Origin: Actinomycetota bacterium
GTDB taxonomy: Bacteria; Actinomycetota; Acidimicrobiia; IMCC26256; VFJJ01
Direction: 5' to 3'
Length of the DNA: 63,306 nt
Assembly: GCA_009886115.1 (NCBI GenBank)
Contig: VFJJ01000019.1
Span: forward strand, 1-63,306
Part shown: positions 1 through 9,078 of the stretch, piece by piece
Position numbering within the stretch: position 1 is the first letter of the stretch
How the letters are laid out: each line of letters starts with the position of its first letter
Translations under genes and position numbers: made by a program
The notes under the pieces: generated by a model
Told to the model about the DNA's origin: nothing
Seen by the model: the letters and a program-made list of their open reading frames with translations, nothing else
Database searches by the model: none

Positions 1-2
1 AG

Positions 3-110
3 ACCCGGGTGCCCTGGGTGGGCGAGCACACCGCCGAGATCCTCTCCGCCGACCTGGGCCTGTCGGCCGAGTCCATCGCGGCGTTGCGGGCTGACGGCGT
101 CGTGACCTGA
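3..110 (+). CDS. Class III CoA-transferase (CaiB/BaiF family), C-terminal fragment at window edge
   Basis: Frame 3 reads TRVPWVGEHTAEILSADLGLSAESIAALRADGVVT*, matching the P-x-x-GEHT-x-EIL...G-x-S...LR...GVV tail of CaiB/BaiF proteins (compare the tail of 36206..37432). Confidence 0.75.
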   Translation, partial: TRVPWVGEHTAEILSADLGLSAESIAALRADGVVT

Positions 111-138
111 CGGCGTCGTGACCTGACAGCGTCGGGGC
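91..138. repeat. 16-bp tandem repeat (CTGACGGCGTCGTGAC x2 plus a degenerate third copy) spanning the stop codon
   Basis: Units at 91, 107 and 123; the TGA at 108-110 lies within the second unit. Confidence 0.85.
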
Positions 139-218
139 GTCGGCCCACCCGAGCGCTCCACTCGACCAACGGCCAGAACCCTGCTGCCAGCCCGCGACTC
201 CTGGCAGTTGGTCCTGAA

Positions 219-1100
219 CTATCCCGATGCGGGCACCGTGGCGGCGGCCGTCGCCGCGACGATGAAGTCGAGGACCACGGCCGTGGCGCCGCCGTCGACG
301 AGCAGGTCGATCCCGGTCACGAACGATGCGCCGTCGGAGCAGAGGAACTCGACGACCTTGGCGATCTCGTCGGCCGTCCCCATACGCCCCTTGCCCCCCG
401 AGCCCGGCGTGCACAACGGCGTGGAGTCGACCATGTGCGCCATGAGCGGCTGCTGCTCGTACTCCTGGCGACCCATCGGCGTGTCGATGATCCCCGGCGA
501 GAGGCTCACGATGCGAGCTCCCCGGGCGCCCCACGACGGCGCCGGCGTGACCGCCAGACGGTGCACACCTCGCTTCGACCAGCCATAGCCGTTGGCCTCC
601 ACCACGCCCTGACTGGCGGCCACCAACCGGTCCCAGAAGTCAGCGGCGCGGGGCTGGTCGAGGACGGCCTGGACCGCCGGGTTCGGTGCGCCCAGGAGGT
701 GCCCGGCCTGCGAGGCCACGAGCACCGCCGCCGTCGATTCGGTGACGAGCGGGTCGACCGCCTGGAGGAGGTCGGCGGTGGCGACCAGGTTCACGTCGAC
801 GATGCGGCGCCAGTCGGCCATGGTCGGTGAGAGCCCGGCCGCCAGCGCCAGGCCCCCGAGGGGGAGGTCGGCGGCCCGCAAGGCCTCGAGCACCGCCTGA
901 CGGGCGTCGTCCTGGGTGAGGTCACCAACGACCGGGCGCACGTCGGCTCCCGAAGCACGCAGGCCGTCGACGGTCGCCGCCAGCACCTCGGCGCGGGTGT
1001 CGACCGCCACCACGGGCCCATGCGCCGCGAAACGCCTCGTGATCGCGGCGCCCATGCCCCGTGCCGCCCCCGTGACCAGATGCACTCGTGTCGTCGTCAT
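219..1100 (-). CDS. SDR family oxidoreductase
   Basis: TGAARGMG Rossmann motif, YGWSK catalytic YxxxK, SPGIIDT and a VDGG tail. Confidence 0.9.
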   Translation of the reverse strand: MTTTRVHLVTGAARGMGAAITRRFAAHGPVVAVDTRAEVLAATVDGLRASGADVRPVVGDLTQDDARQAVLEALRAADLPLGGLALAAGLSPTMADWRRIVDVNLVATADLLQAVDPLVTESTAAVLVASQAGHLLGAPNPAVQAVLDQPRAADFWDRLVAASQGVVEANGYGWSKRGVHRLAVTPAPSWGARGARIVSLSPGIIDTPMGRQEYEQQPLMAHMVDSTPLCTPGSGGKGRMGTADEIAKVVEFLCSDGASFVTGIDLLVDGGATAVVLDFIVAATAAATVPASG

Positions 1101-1124
1101 GGCTGCTCTCCTTCGTTCAGGCGT

Positions 1125-1198
1125 GTGCTTCAGGTGCTTCAGGGTGCTTCAGGGTGCTTCAGGGTGGGCATGGTGCTTCAGGGTGGGCATGGTGCTCA
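1125..1198. repeat. Imperfect tandem repeats of GTGCTTCAGG / GTGGGCATGGTGCTTCAGG in the intergenic gap
   Basis: About five GTGCTTCAGG-like units plus two GTGGGCATG units, abutting the TPP-gene stop (TCA at 1196-1198 on +). Confidence 0.8.
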
Positions 1199-2845
1199 GA
1201 ACGGGCTGGGGAGACGGTCCATGGGGACCTCGATCACCGTCGGGAGGCCGCCCGGGGCCGCGGCGTCGGCGATGGCTTCGCGCAGGAGCGGCTCGAGCTC
1301 GTCGATGCCGGTCACCGTCTCGCCCCGGGCGCCGAACGAGCGGGCGAACGCAGCGAAGTCGGGGTTGCGCAGCGCCGTCCCCAGCTCGCGGCCCTGGTAC
1401 TTCTCGCGCTGGTCGCGGTTGGAGTTCCCGTAGGCGTTGTCGTTGAAGATCACGGTGACGGTGTTGATGCCGTACTGGACGGCCGTCGCCAACTCGGTCG
1501 CCGCGAACAAGAACCCGCCGTCGCCGCTGATGGCCACGACCGGACGTTCGGGCACGGCGACCTTGGCCCCGATCGCGGTGGGGAACGCGAAGCCCAGCGT
1601 CCCCATGTACGACGACGCCAGGTAGGTGCGGGGCTCGTACACCGGGAAGTGCATGTGGCACATGTAGCCGATGGTCGTCGTGCACGGGACGACGACGGCA
1701 TCGTCGGGGATGGCCCGGCGCAACGACTCGACCATGTGGGCAGCTGGCCCGATGGCCCGGAGCTGCTCGCCCACCGAGGCCCGCATGGCCATGGTCTCGG
1801 CGGTTCGTGACGGCCGCCGCCGCGCACCCGCGCCAGCACCGGCACCGAGGGAATCGAGCGCGACGAGCAGGGCCTCGGAGCCGGCGCCGGCGTGGGCCAC
1901 GATCCCCACGGCCACCTTGGCGTGCTTGGCGATCTGGGTCGGGTCGGCGTCGAGATGCACGATCTGCTGGTTCGGCGCCGTTGCGAAGCCCTGGAAACGG
2001 GTGCCCACGGCCAGGATCACGTCGGCGTCGTCGATGACGGGGCGCAGGCGGCGGTTGACCCACATCGTGCCCACCGAGAGCGGATGACGGTCGTCGATGG
2101 CGCCCTTGCCCTCCCGGGTGGTGATCACCGGGGCCTGCAGCAACTCGGCGATCGCTGTGAGCGCGGCCGATGCCCCGCCGAGCATCGCTCCCCCGCCGGC
2201 CACGATCAGCGGACGGGCGGCACCGGCCAACAACGTCGCTGCCGCGGCAATGTGCTCGGGATCGCCGGCCGAGGGTTCGACGGGCTCGGGGTCGAGCAGC
2301 GTGATGTCGGCCTCGTCGATGAGCGTCTCGGGCGGGATCTCCACGTGAACGGGCCGGGGTCGCCCCGTGGCCATCTGCCGGAAGGCCTCGCGGACCGCGG
2401 CGGGGATCGCCGCCGGATCGAGCACCAGCTCGGCCCACTTCGTGATGGGGCGCACGATGTCGAGCTGGCCGTTGATGTCGTGCAGGCCCTCCAGATCGCG
2501 GTCGATCGCCGAGCGGGCCACCTGACCGGCGATCTGGAAGACGGGCGACGAGGTCGCGTAGGCCGTCGCCAGCCCGGTGGCCGCGTTGTAGACGCCGATG
2601 CCGGGCACGACCATCGAAACCCCCGGCTGGCCGCCCGCGCGCGCGTACCCGTCGGCCAGGTACGTGGTGCCCTGCTCGTGCCGGGTCGTGATGTAGCGGA
2701 TCTCGGGGATGTCGTAGAGCGCGTCGAGCGCGGCCATCAGCTGATCGCCGGGCAGGCCGAACAGGACCCGCACCCCTTCCCTGTACAGCTGACGGGCCAG
2801 GGCGTCCGCCCCTCGCATCATGGTCACGGCACGCTCCAAGCTCAA
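1196..2845 (-). CDS. Thiamine-pyrophosphate-dependent enzyme (acetolactate synthase-like family)
   Basis: FGLPG, RHEQG...ADGYAR and GDGGF...N TPP-binding motif. True start may be the ATG at 2821. Confidence 0.9.
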   Translation of the reverse strand: MSLERAVTMMRGADALARQLYREGVRVLFGLPGDQLMAALDALYDIPEIRYITTRHEQGTTYLADGYARAGGQPGVSMVVPGIGVYNAATGLATAYATSSPVFQIAGQVARSAIDRDLEGLHDINGQLDIVRPITKWAELVLDPAAIPAAVREAFRQMATGRPRPVHVEIPPETLIDEADITLLDPEPVEPSAGDPEHIAAAATLLAGAARPLIVAGGGAMLGGASAALTAIAELLQAPVITTREGKGAIDDRHPLSVGTMWVNRRLRPVIDDADVILAVGTRFQGFATAPNQQIVHLDADPTQIAKHAKVAVGIVAHAGAGSEALLVALDSLGAGAGAGARRRPSRTAETMAMRASVGEQLRAIGPAAHMVESLRRAIPDDAVVVPCTTTIGYMCHMHFPVYEPRTYLASSYMGTLGFAFPTAIGAKVAVPERPVVAISGDGGFLFAATELATAVQYGINTVTVIFNDNAYGNSNRDQREKYQGRELGTALRNPDFAAFARSFGARGETVTGIDELEPLLREAIADAAAPGGLPTVIEVPMDRLPSPF

Positions 2846-2937
2846 CGGGCGACAGCAGGCGGGTGCGCATCATCACACCCCCCGTGCGGCGAGGGCGACC
2901 CGTGCGCGAGCGGGGGACCATGCACCAGGATGGGGGG

Positions 2938-3996
2938 ATGACCACACGTGCTGACACACCGCTCGTCGTCGGCTTCCTGTATCCCCCGCCCCCGCAGGTC
3001 GACGTCGATCGATTCCTCGCCCGGGTCGGACCGACGCCGCGTCCCATCGAGGTGGTGCGCGGCTTCTACTTCGAAGATCACGGCCTGCGCACCACCAAGG
3101 CGACCGAACGCGATCCCTCCGCCCTGCGGCCCCTCGAACCCGAGCTCACGCCCGAGGTCGCCGGCGTCCTGGCCCGGTCCGAGGTGTTGCTCACGCTCGA
3201 CGTGCCGTGCGACCTCCCGAGCCTGGCTCCGAAGCTGCGCTGGATCCAGGCCGTGGGCGCGGGCACGAACCAGTTCGACATGGACGCACTCGGGAAGATG
3301 GGCGTGCGGCTCACGTCCTCGGCCGGTGTCGGCGCTCCGCCCATCGCCGAGTTCGTCATCGGGCGCATCCTCGAGGTGTGGAAGGACATCCGGGCCTTGG
3401 AGGAGCTGCAGCGGACCCGGCGTTGGGAGTTCACCCAGGGCCGGCTCCTCATGGGCTCCACCATCGGTATCGTGGGCCTCGGTGCCATCGGCAGCGAGAT
3501 CGCCAAGCGGGCCAGAGCCTTCGGGATGCACGTGCTCGCGACGCGGCGTTCGTTCCGTCCGGGCATGACCGCCGACAATGTCGACGAGCTGTTCGGCCCC
3601 GGACCCGACGGGCTGGGCGAGCTCCTCCGCCGCTGCGACGTGGTCGTGCTGTCGGCACCCGCGACGGCCGAGACCACCGACCTCATCGGCACCCCCGAGT
3701 TGCATGCCATGAAACCCGGTGCCGTGCTGGTGAACGTGGCCCGGGGTCCCCTCGTCGACGAGGGCGCGCTCATCGCTGCGCTGCATGACGGCCGTCTCGG
3801 AGCGGCCATCCTCGACGTCACCCGCACCGAGCCGCTCCCGTCCGACGACCCGCTGTGGGACGCCCCCCGCCTGTACCTGAGCCCCCACTGCTCCACGTCG
3901 CAGGACGGCTACAACGACCGCCTCCTCGACCTCTACGCCGACAACCTCGTGAAGTACCTGGCCAACGAACCCCTCAAGAACCTTGTCACAGGCTGA
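2938..3996 (+). CDS. D-2-hydroxyacid dehydrogenase
   Basis: GIVGLGAIG NAD motif, VNVARG, LDV..EPL and SPH; start placed at the ATG after a G-rich RBS. Confidence 0.9.
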   Translation: MTTRADTPLVVGFLYPPPPQVDVDRFLARVGPTPRPIEVVRGFYFEDHGLRTTKATERDPSALRPLEPELTPEVAGVLARSEVLLTLDVPCDLPSLAPKLRWIQAVGAGTNQFDMDALGKMGVRLTSSAGVGAPPIAEFVIGRILEVWKDIRALEELQRTRRWEFTQGRLLMGSTIGIVGLGAIGSEIAKRARAFGMHVLATRRSFRPGMTADNVDELFGPGPDGLGELLRRCDVVVLSAPATAETTDLIGTPELHAMKPGAVLVNVARGPLVDEGALIAALHDGRLGAAILDVTRTEPLPSDDPLWDAPRLYLSPHCSTSQDGYNDRLLDLYADNLVKYLANEPLKNLVTG

Positions 3997-4015
3997 CGGG
4001 GCTGCCCCCGTCCGT

Positions 4016-4060
4016 TCTGTGTGCAGAAATCGTCGCCTGGCGACGATTTCTGCACACAGA
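4016..4060. repeat. Perfect 22-bp inverted repeat (REP-like palindrome, orphan copy)
   Basis: TCTGTGTGCAGAAATCGTCGCC-T-GGCGACGATTTCTGCACACAGA; same 35-bp core as the palindromes at 55738 and 56761. Confidence 0.9.
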
Positions 4061-4085
4061 TGGCGAGGCCGGGGGGGTGAGGCGG

Positions 4086-5339
4086 CTACCGCGCACTGCT
4101 GGCTTGGCGGCGGCGGTGCCGGAGCTCGGCGACGAGGTCGGCCGTCACCTTCTGGGGGAAGGGCAGGGCCCCGGCGCGCAGGTGCGCCTCGAGATCGGCC
4201 AGGCGTTCAACGAGATCGTCGAGCACCCTGACGGCGGCCCGTTCGGGCAGCCCGATCGTGGCGGCCAAGGCCAGGAGATGCCGTCGGGAGAGCCCGCGCG
4301 TTCGTCCCTGCCATGACAGCGCCAGGCTGGTGTCGCCGTAGGGCACCGTCGCCGGAAGGTCGTACGCCGGCGACACGCGCCATTCGCCGTCGCCCTGCAT
4401 CAGGATCGACAGGTTCTTGGCGTGCACGTCACCGTTGCCTGTGAGCCAGGCGAAGCACAGCTGCTGGTACAGGCTCCTCAGCGCGACGACTCGGGCCGGG
4501 CACCAGCGAGCGAGCGCGGTGACCACCTCCTCGGTGGTCACGTTGTACTTGTCAGCCGGCCATCGGCCCAGCACCTGGCAGGCGTCCTCGCACGCCAGCG
4601 CCTCGGTGCTGCCGTCGGCACGAGCAAGGCGATCGAAGCGGCGTATGAGCAGGCCAGGGCGCCTGTCGGCATCGTGCACGACGGTTGCCGAGGCGACGTC
4701 GAGGCGGCAGCGGCGGGCCTGGCTGAGGAAATAGGCCTCGTTCTCGACGACGTGGGGATACTCGGGCGGGTCGACCTTCAGGATGTACCGCTCGCCCGCC
4801 CGGCCGACCGGGACCGAGATCATCCGGGCCGAGGCCTTGTCCTGCACGCCGGGGAGCCCGACCCGGTCGATGACCCCGGCATCGGCCAGGACGTCGGCGA
4901 AGCGCAGCTCCGACCACTGCTCGGCCACCTGCACCAGGGCCTCGGCCGGGAGGGGCTGCTGACCGGCGGGCACCACCTGGACGTCACCGATCGCGTCACG
5001 CCCCACCGCCAGCAGCATCGTGAGCTCGTCGTCGGCGGAGGTCTTCAACGCCCGGTGCAGGCTCGAGAGCCTCCGTCCCTCGGGCAGCAGCCCGGCGAAG
5101 AACGGGGGGACCGCTCCGGCCGGGGTGCGGACGGGCCGATCGGTCAACGGCAGCGTCGTGGCCACCGCGGCAGTCGTGGCTGTCGCGTCTGTCGCCGCCT
5201 CGAGGTACTCGGCGTGATACGAGAACTCGACGCCGTCGACGTGGCGTCTGAGCACGCCGGCGAGGCGACCCGCCTTGTACACGTCGGCCGCGGCGACACT
5301 TCGCAGCGATTCCAACGACGTTGACTTCGCGGGTGTCAT
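4086..5339 (-). CDS. hipA: HipA-family kinase toxin (HipA N-terminal coupling domain plus HipA_C)
   Basis: PPFFAGLLPEG, DAIGDV, LPGVQDK, ENE, RRFDR, GNGDVHAKNLS and SPAYD motifs. Confidence 0.9.
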   Translation of the reverse strand: MTPAKSTSLESLRSVAAADVYKAGRLAGVLRRHVDGVEFSYHAEYLEAATDATATTAAVATTLPLTDRPVRTPAGAVPPFFAGLLPEGRRLSSLHRALKTSADDELTMLLAVGRDAIGDVQVVPAGQQPLPAEALVQVAEQWSELRFADVLADAGVIDRVGLPGVQDKASARMISVPVGRAGERYILKVDPPEYPHVVENEAYFLSQARRCRLDVASATVVHDADRRPGLLIRRFDRLARADGSTEALACEDACQVLGRWPADKYNVTTEEVVTALARWCPARVVALRSLYQQLCFAWLTGNGDVHAKNLSILMQGDGEWRVSPAYDLPATVPYGDTSLALSWQGRTRGLSRRHLLALAATIGLPERAAVRVLDDLVERLADLEAHLRAGALPFPQKVTADLVAELRHRRRQASSAR

Positions 5340-5548
5340 GGCCGTCGAGGCTGCGCCGACAGCTCCAGGCCCAGCGCGTCGAGCACGGCCAGCACCTTGT
5401 CGAGCCGGACGGTGGCCTTGCCGGCTTCGAGAGCCCGGACGAAGCGCGGCGAGCAGCCGGCCAGGTCGGCCAGGCTGTCCTGGGTGAGCCGCAACGACTT
5501 ACGGCGATCTCGGACCTGTTGGCCGAGCGAGGTGAGCAGCGCTGGCAT
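5336..5548 (-). CDS. XRE-family HTH antitoxin (HipB-like, y4mF type)
   Basis: LGQQVRDRRKSLRLTQDSLADLAGCSPRFVRALEAGK; ATG at 5548 with a GAAGGGGG RBS; ATGA overlap with hipA. Confidence 0.85.
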   Translation of the reverse strand: MPALLTSLGQQVRDRRKSLRLTQDSLADLAGCSPRFVRALEAGKATVRLDKVLAVLDALGLELSAQPRRP

Positions 5549-5566
5549 CGGTCCCCCTTCGTGAAG

Positions 5567-5702
5567 GGGCACGATCATGCCCTTTACGAGAGGATACCGC
5601 CTGGGATCACCGCGGCGTACCTCTTTCAGCACGATCGTGCCGTTCTTGGCACTGGGGACCTTGAATCGTCCCCACTACCTCGAAGAACGGCACGATCGTA
5701 CC
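5567..5702. promoter_or_regulatory. Three palindromic GCACGATCGTGC-type sites about 60 bp apart, candidate antitoxin operators
   Basis: GGGCACGATCATGCCC (5567-5582), GCACGATCGTGC (5629-5640) and GGCACGATCGTACC (5689-5702). Sites 2 and 3 also form a 17-bp IR (5631-5647 / 5683-5699). Confidence 0.55.
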
Positions 5703-5756
5703 TGTATCGCAACCTGCTGCAGTTGTCGACCTGGTCGTGTCGTCGGCGCCGGCTGC

Positions 5757-6545
5757 TCAGGCCCGGCGGCCGACAAGTACACCCTCCTCGTAGGTCCACA
5801 CCACCTCGAACGTCGCGTCGGTGCCGTCGAACAATCGGCGATGGCTGACAAGACGGCCGTCAGACACGGAGAATGGGGGTGTGCGGATCCATTGGTACAG
5901 TGAAACTTTCTCACCCACAATCAGCGAGTTGTCGGTCCAAACAATCTGCCATGTTCCCGAGTGTCGACTGATGACTGCGACCGCTTCGAACGAATACACC
6001 AGAAAGTCCGGGGTTCCATCCCCCGTCACGTCGGCGACCTCGATGGGCTGACTGGGGTCGATCTCAAGTCGGGCCTGCTCAGCGTTGTCGAGCGACACCT
6101 CGGCGACGGTCGACCATCCCGATCGGCCCGCGGACACGATTCGGACCACAGCCGCGTGGTCCCGCCCTGAAGGCTCGGCCCCTGGCTGCTGTCGGGCCAC
6201 GGCCGCGATCCAGGCACCCGGCCCGTCGGCCGCCACGCTCGAGCGGCTGACCACGTCAGCGACACCGGTAAGGTATCGAGCGAGGTCGGCCTCCCCAGGC
6301 AACTGAAGCGTATCGTCCCCTCGCTCCCCGACAGTCGCGCCGCTGGTAGCAGACGGGGCCGGCAAGCTCGTTGCTGGGGTTGCCGCCGGGGTCGGGCCCT
6401 GAGCAGCAATCTCCGCTGTCGACTCGCTGGCAACACTGGTTGCCTGACTCTCACCACATGACGTGACGACCGTCAGCATTGCGAGCACGATGAGGGCGAC
6501 GCTGCACAACCAACACCGACTGCGCTGGAACTTGATCGCCTTCAT
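5757..6545 (-). CDS. Hypothetical lipoprotein with an FG-GAP/VCBS-like motif
   Basis: Basic N-terminus, hydrophobic stretch, lipobox VTSC, Pro/Ala/Thr linker and ADVTGDGTPDFLV. Confidence 0.6.
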   Translation of the reverse strand: MKAIKFQRSRCWLCSVALIVLAMLTVVTSCGESQATSVASESTAEIAAQGPTPAATPATSLPAPSATSGATVGERGDDTLQLPGEADLARYLTGVADVVSRSSVAADGPGAWIAAVARQQPGAEPSGRDHAAVVRIVSAGRSGWSTVAEVSLDNAEQARLEIDPSQPIEVADVTGDGTPDFLVYSFEAVAVISRHSGTWQIVWTDNSLIVGEKVSLYQWIRTPPFSVSDGRLVSHRRLFDGTDATFEVVWTYEEGVLVGRRA

Positions 6546-7087
6546 CCCCAGCCTCCCGTAGCTTTGAGTTCATTCCACGCTGCCAGCGGCCCATAAACGC
6601 CATACTTGGAATCGATACGTCGCATGGCCGTGTACTGCTGCCAGGTTTGCTTCCCGAGGATCCAACACCCACTCAAATAGCAATTGAGACCACCAGGTGC
6701 CGGTCCAATATATGTATTGGGCCATAGAGATATCATTTGGTACATCCCATAAAAGGGCCCGGCAGCATCGGCGTAGCTGTAGTTGTCTTCACGACAGGCC
6801 ATCAACGAGAGTGAGAGTGTTGGCGTGAAGGTGTCGCTCCACGTGTTCATGTACGGGTAGCTCGCGGCAAAGAAGTCGCCGGTAAACTGCAGCTCACCCA
6901 GCCACGTCGGAGGTTGGAGCGTCGACCAGTTGGCCTCACAGACCGCCACCGATTCCGCCGAAGCGGGCCGAGGAGTCAAGCCGAAGCTCGCGAGGCAGAC
7001 GGCGATGACAACGAGCATTCGGCGAGAGCGCCCACAGACTCTGCGCCTCGATCGTCGGGATCCGGATCGGATGTCGAAGCCTGACAT
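6542..7087 (-). CDS. Secreted protein with a lysozyme/lytic-transglycosylase-like C-terminus
   Basis: ATG at 7087 after a GGGGAGGT RBS; signal peptide ending ASA; CREDNY...FYGMYQM...QYTAMRRIDSKYG...PLAAW resembles actinobacterial SLT-like domains (ES-W...YG-Q...YI--RYG-P--AW). Confidence 0.5.
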   Translation of the reverse strand: MSGFDIRSGSRRSRRRVCGRSRRMLVVIAVCLASFGLTPRPASAESVAVCEANWSTLQPPTWLGELQFTGDFFAASYPYMNTWSDTFTPTLSLSLMACREDNYSYADAAGPFYGMYQMISLWPNTYIGPAPGGLNCYLSGCWILGKQTWQQYTAMRRIDSKYGVYGPLAAWNELKATGGWG

Positions 7088-7279
7088 GAGACCTCCCCTG
7101 GGCAGCACCGGGTGACTTGTCCGTTGTCTGCAACGATACGGGTGCGGCTCTTCTGGAGTGACGTCGTTCTGGGTGTGAGTTCGGCCGGGTAGGGCGTCTG
7201 TTGCTGGGGGATACACCACTTCCGTGGCTGTTTCTGCTTTCCTGTCTGTAGTGAGTGCCAGCTACAGATAGGAGCTACG

Positions 7280-7591
7280 ATGTCGTGCATCGTGTCCCGG
7301 TCCCGACCAATGCTGCTGCGTGGCACTCTGACCACGTTCCGCCGCCGGTGCGGCAAGGCGACGTGCCGGTGCGCGACCGGCGAGCCCCACGAGAGCCCGG
7401 CGTTGACGTTCACCGAGTCGGGGCGGACCAAGACCGTCACCCTGGCGGCCAGCGAGGTGGCCGAGGTGACCGCGGCGTTGGCGGCCTACGAAGCGGCCCG
7501 AGCGGAGCTCGAAGCTGCCGCCCAGGCGGGCCTGGTCAAGCTACGCAACCGCCGCCAGGGAGGCTCGGGGTCCGAAGGCGGGCGTCGATGA
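7280..7591 (+). CDS. Small IS accessory protein with a Cys/His cluster (DUF6788-like)
   Basis: GTL...RRRCGKATCRCATGEPH motif; lies inside the IS and overlaps the transposase start (ATGA 7588-7591). Confidence 0.7.
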   Translation: MSCIVSRSRPMLLRGTLTTFRRRCGKATCRCATGEPHESPALTFTESGRTKTVTLAASEVAEVTAALAAYEAARAELEAAAQAGLVKLRNRRQGGSGSEGGRR

Positions 7592-9078
7592 GCGCGCCGG
7601 GCGACGCGTTCGGGGCGTCTCGAGAGTCGTTCGAGGATCTGCTCGCCTGGTTGGAGGGCACGGAGGCGGCGTCGTTGAGCCACGCGGAGCTGGAAGACCA
7701 GCTCGATCAGCGCGGCCGGGAGTTGCTGCGCCAGATGATGCAGGGGCAGCTGGATCTGCGGGCCATGCGCGAACAGCGGGCCGACGAGGTCGTCGATGTC
7801 GACGGCGTCGCGCACGGGGCGGTCGAGGCGGGTCATCATCGTCCACTGATGAGCATCTTCGGCCACGTCGAGGTCGAACGTCTCGCCTATCGCCACCGGG
7901 GCCACGCCAACCTCTATCCCGCCGACGGGCAGCTCAACCTGCCCGAAGAGCTCCACTCGCACGGGCTGCGCCGCCTCGCCGCGATCGAAGCGACCCGAGG
8001 CTCCTACGGCGACACGGTCGAAGCGATCATGCGGGCCACCGGCGTCGGGGTCGGGAAACGTCAAGTCGAGGAGCTCACCGCCCGAGCCGCGGTCGATGTC
8101 GACGAGTTCTACCAGGCGATCCTCCGCGAACCCTGCGACGACAAGGTCGTGCTGGTCATCTCCGTCGACGGCAAAGGCATCGTGATGCGACCCGACTCGC
8201 TCCGGCCCGCCACCCAGCGAGCATCCGCCCAGGCGACGACCAAGCTCGAAACTCGTCTCTCCAAAGGAGAGAAACGCAACCGGAAACGTATCGCCGAGGT
8301 CGGCGCGGTCTACGACATCGTCCCCGTCTCGCGCGGTCCCGCTGACATCTTGGCCTCCAACCACCACGACAACCCGCCACCATCACCCCGCGCCACCGGC
8401 AAATGGGTCACCGCCAGCGTCATCGACGACGCCATCACCGTGATCGGCCGGGTCTTCGACGAGGCCCAACGACGCGACCCCAACCATCAACGACGATGGA
8501 TAGCCCTCGTCGACGGGAACCGCCACCAGATCGACTGCATCGAAACCCAAGCCCAGCAACGGGAACTGAACATCACCATCCTGATCGATCTGATCCACGT
8601 CCTCGAGTACATCTGGGCAGCCGCCTGGTGTTTCTTCGCTGAAGGCGACACCACCGCCGAAGCATGGGTACACGACCGGGCCCTCTCCGTGCTCGAAGGC
8701 AACGCCCGTGACGTCGCCACCGGCATCAGACGACGAGCCACCACCACCCGGCTGAACAAGACCAAACGCACCAACGCCGACAGAGCCGCCACCTACCTGA
8801 CCAACAAGGCCGCCTACCTCGACTACCCGACCGCGCTCGCTGCCGGCTGGCCCATCGCTACCGGCGTGATCGAAGGAACCTGCCGATACCTTGTCAAGGA
8901 CAGAATGGACATCACCGGCGCCCGTTGGAGCGTCGAAGGCGCCGAAGCCATCCTCAAACTACGAGCCCTACGCGCCAACGGCGACCTCGACACCTACTGG
9001 CGATACCACCTCGACCACGAACGACAACGCATCCACGAAACCCGCTACGCCGACAGCGTTATCCCACTCGTCGCATAG
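7588..9078 (+). CDS. ISKra4-family DDE transposase
   Basis: ISVDGKG, ALVDG, IDLIHVLEY (DxxH) and PIATGVIEGTCRYLVKDRMDITGARWS; stop codon overlaps the IRR. Confidence 0.9.
   Translation: MSAPGDAFGASRESFEDLLAWLEGTEAASLSHAELEDQLDQRGRELLRQMMQGQLDLRAMREQRADEVVDVDGVAHGAVEAGHHRPLMSIFGHVEVERLAYRHRGHANLYPADGQLNLPEELHSHGLRRLAAIEATRGSYGDTVEAIMRATGVGVGKRQVEELTARAAVDVDEFYQAILREPCDDKVVLVISVDGKGIVMRPDSLRPATQRASAQATTKLETRLSKGEKRNRKRIAEVGAVYDIVPVSRGPADILASNHHDNPPPSPRATGKWVTASVIDDAITVIGRVFDEAQRRDPNHQRRWIALVDGNRHQIDCIETQAQQRELNITILIDLIHVLEYIWAAAWCFFAEGDTTAEAWVHDRALSVLEGNARDVATGIRRRATTTRLNKTKRTNADRAATYLTNKAAYLDYPTALAAGWPIATGVIEGTCRYLVKDRMDITGARWSVEGAEAILKLRALRANGDLDTYWRYHLDHERQRIHETRYADSVIPLVA

Noticed and set aside
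7255..7587. N-terminal extension of the 607-aa transposase ORF
   Set aside because: Overlaps the accessory ORF in another frame; the ATGA junction at 7588 is the better start. A programmed frameshift fusion was considered, but I saw no slippery motif.
8300..9078. C/A-rich skew in the 3' part of the transposase as a separate insertion
   Set aside because: The frame and DDE motifs are continuous and lie inside intact IRs.
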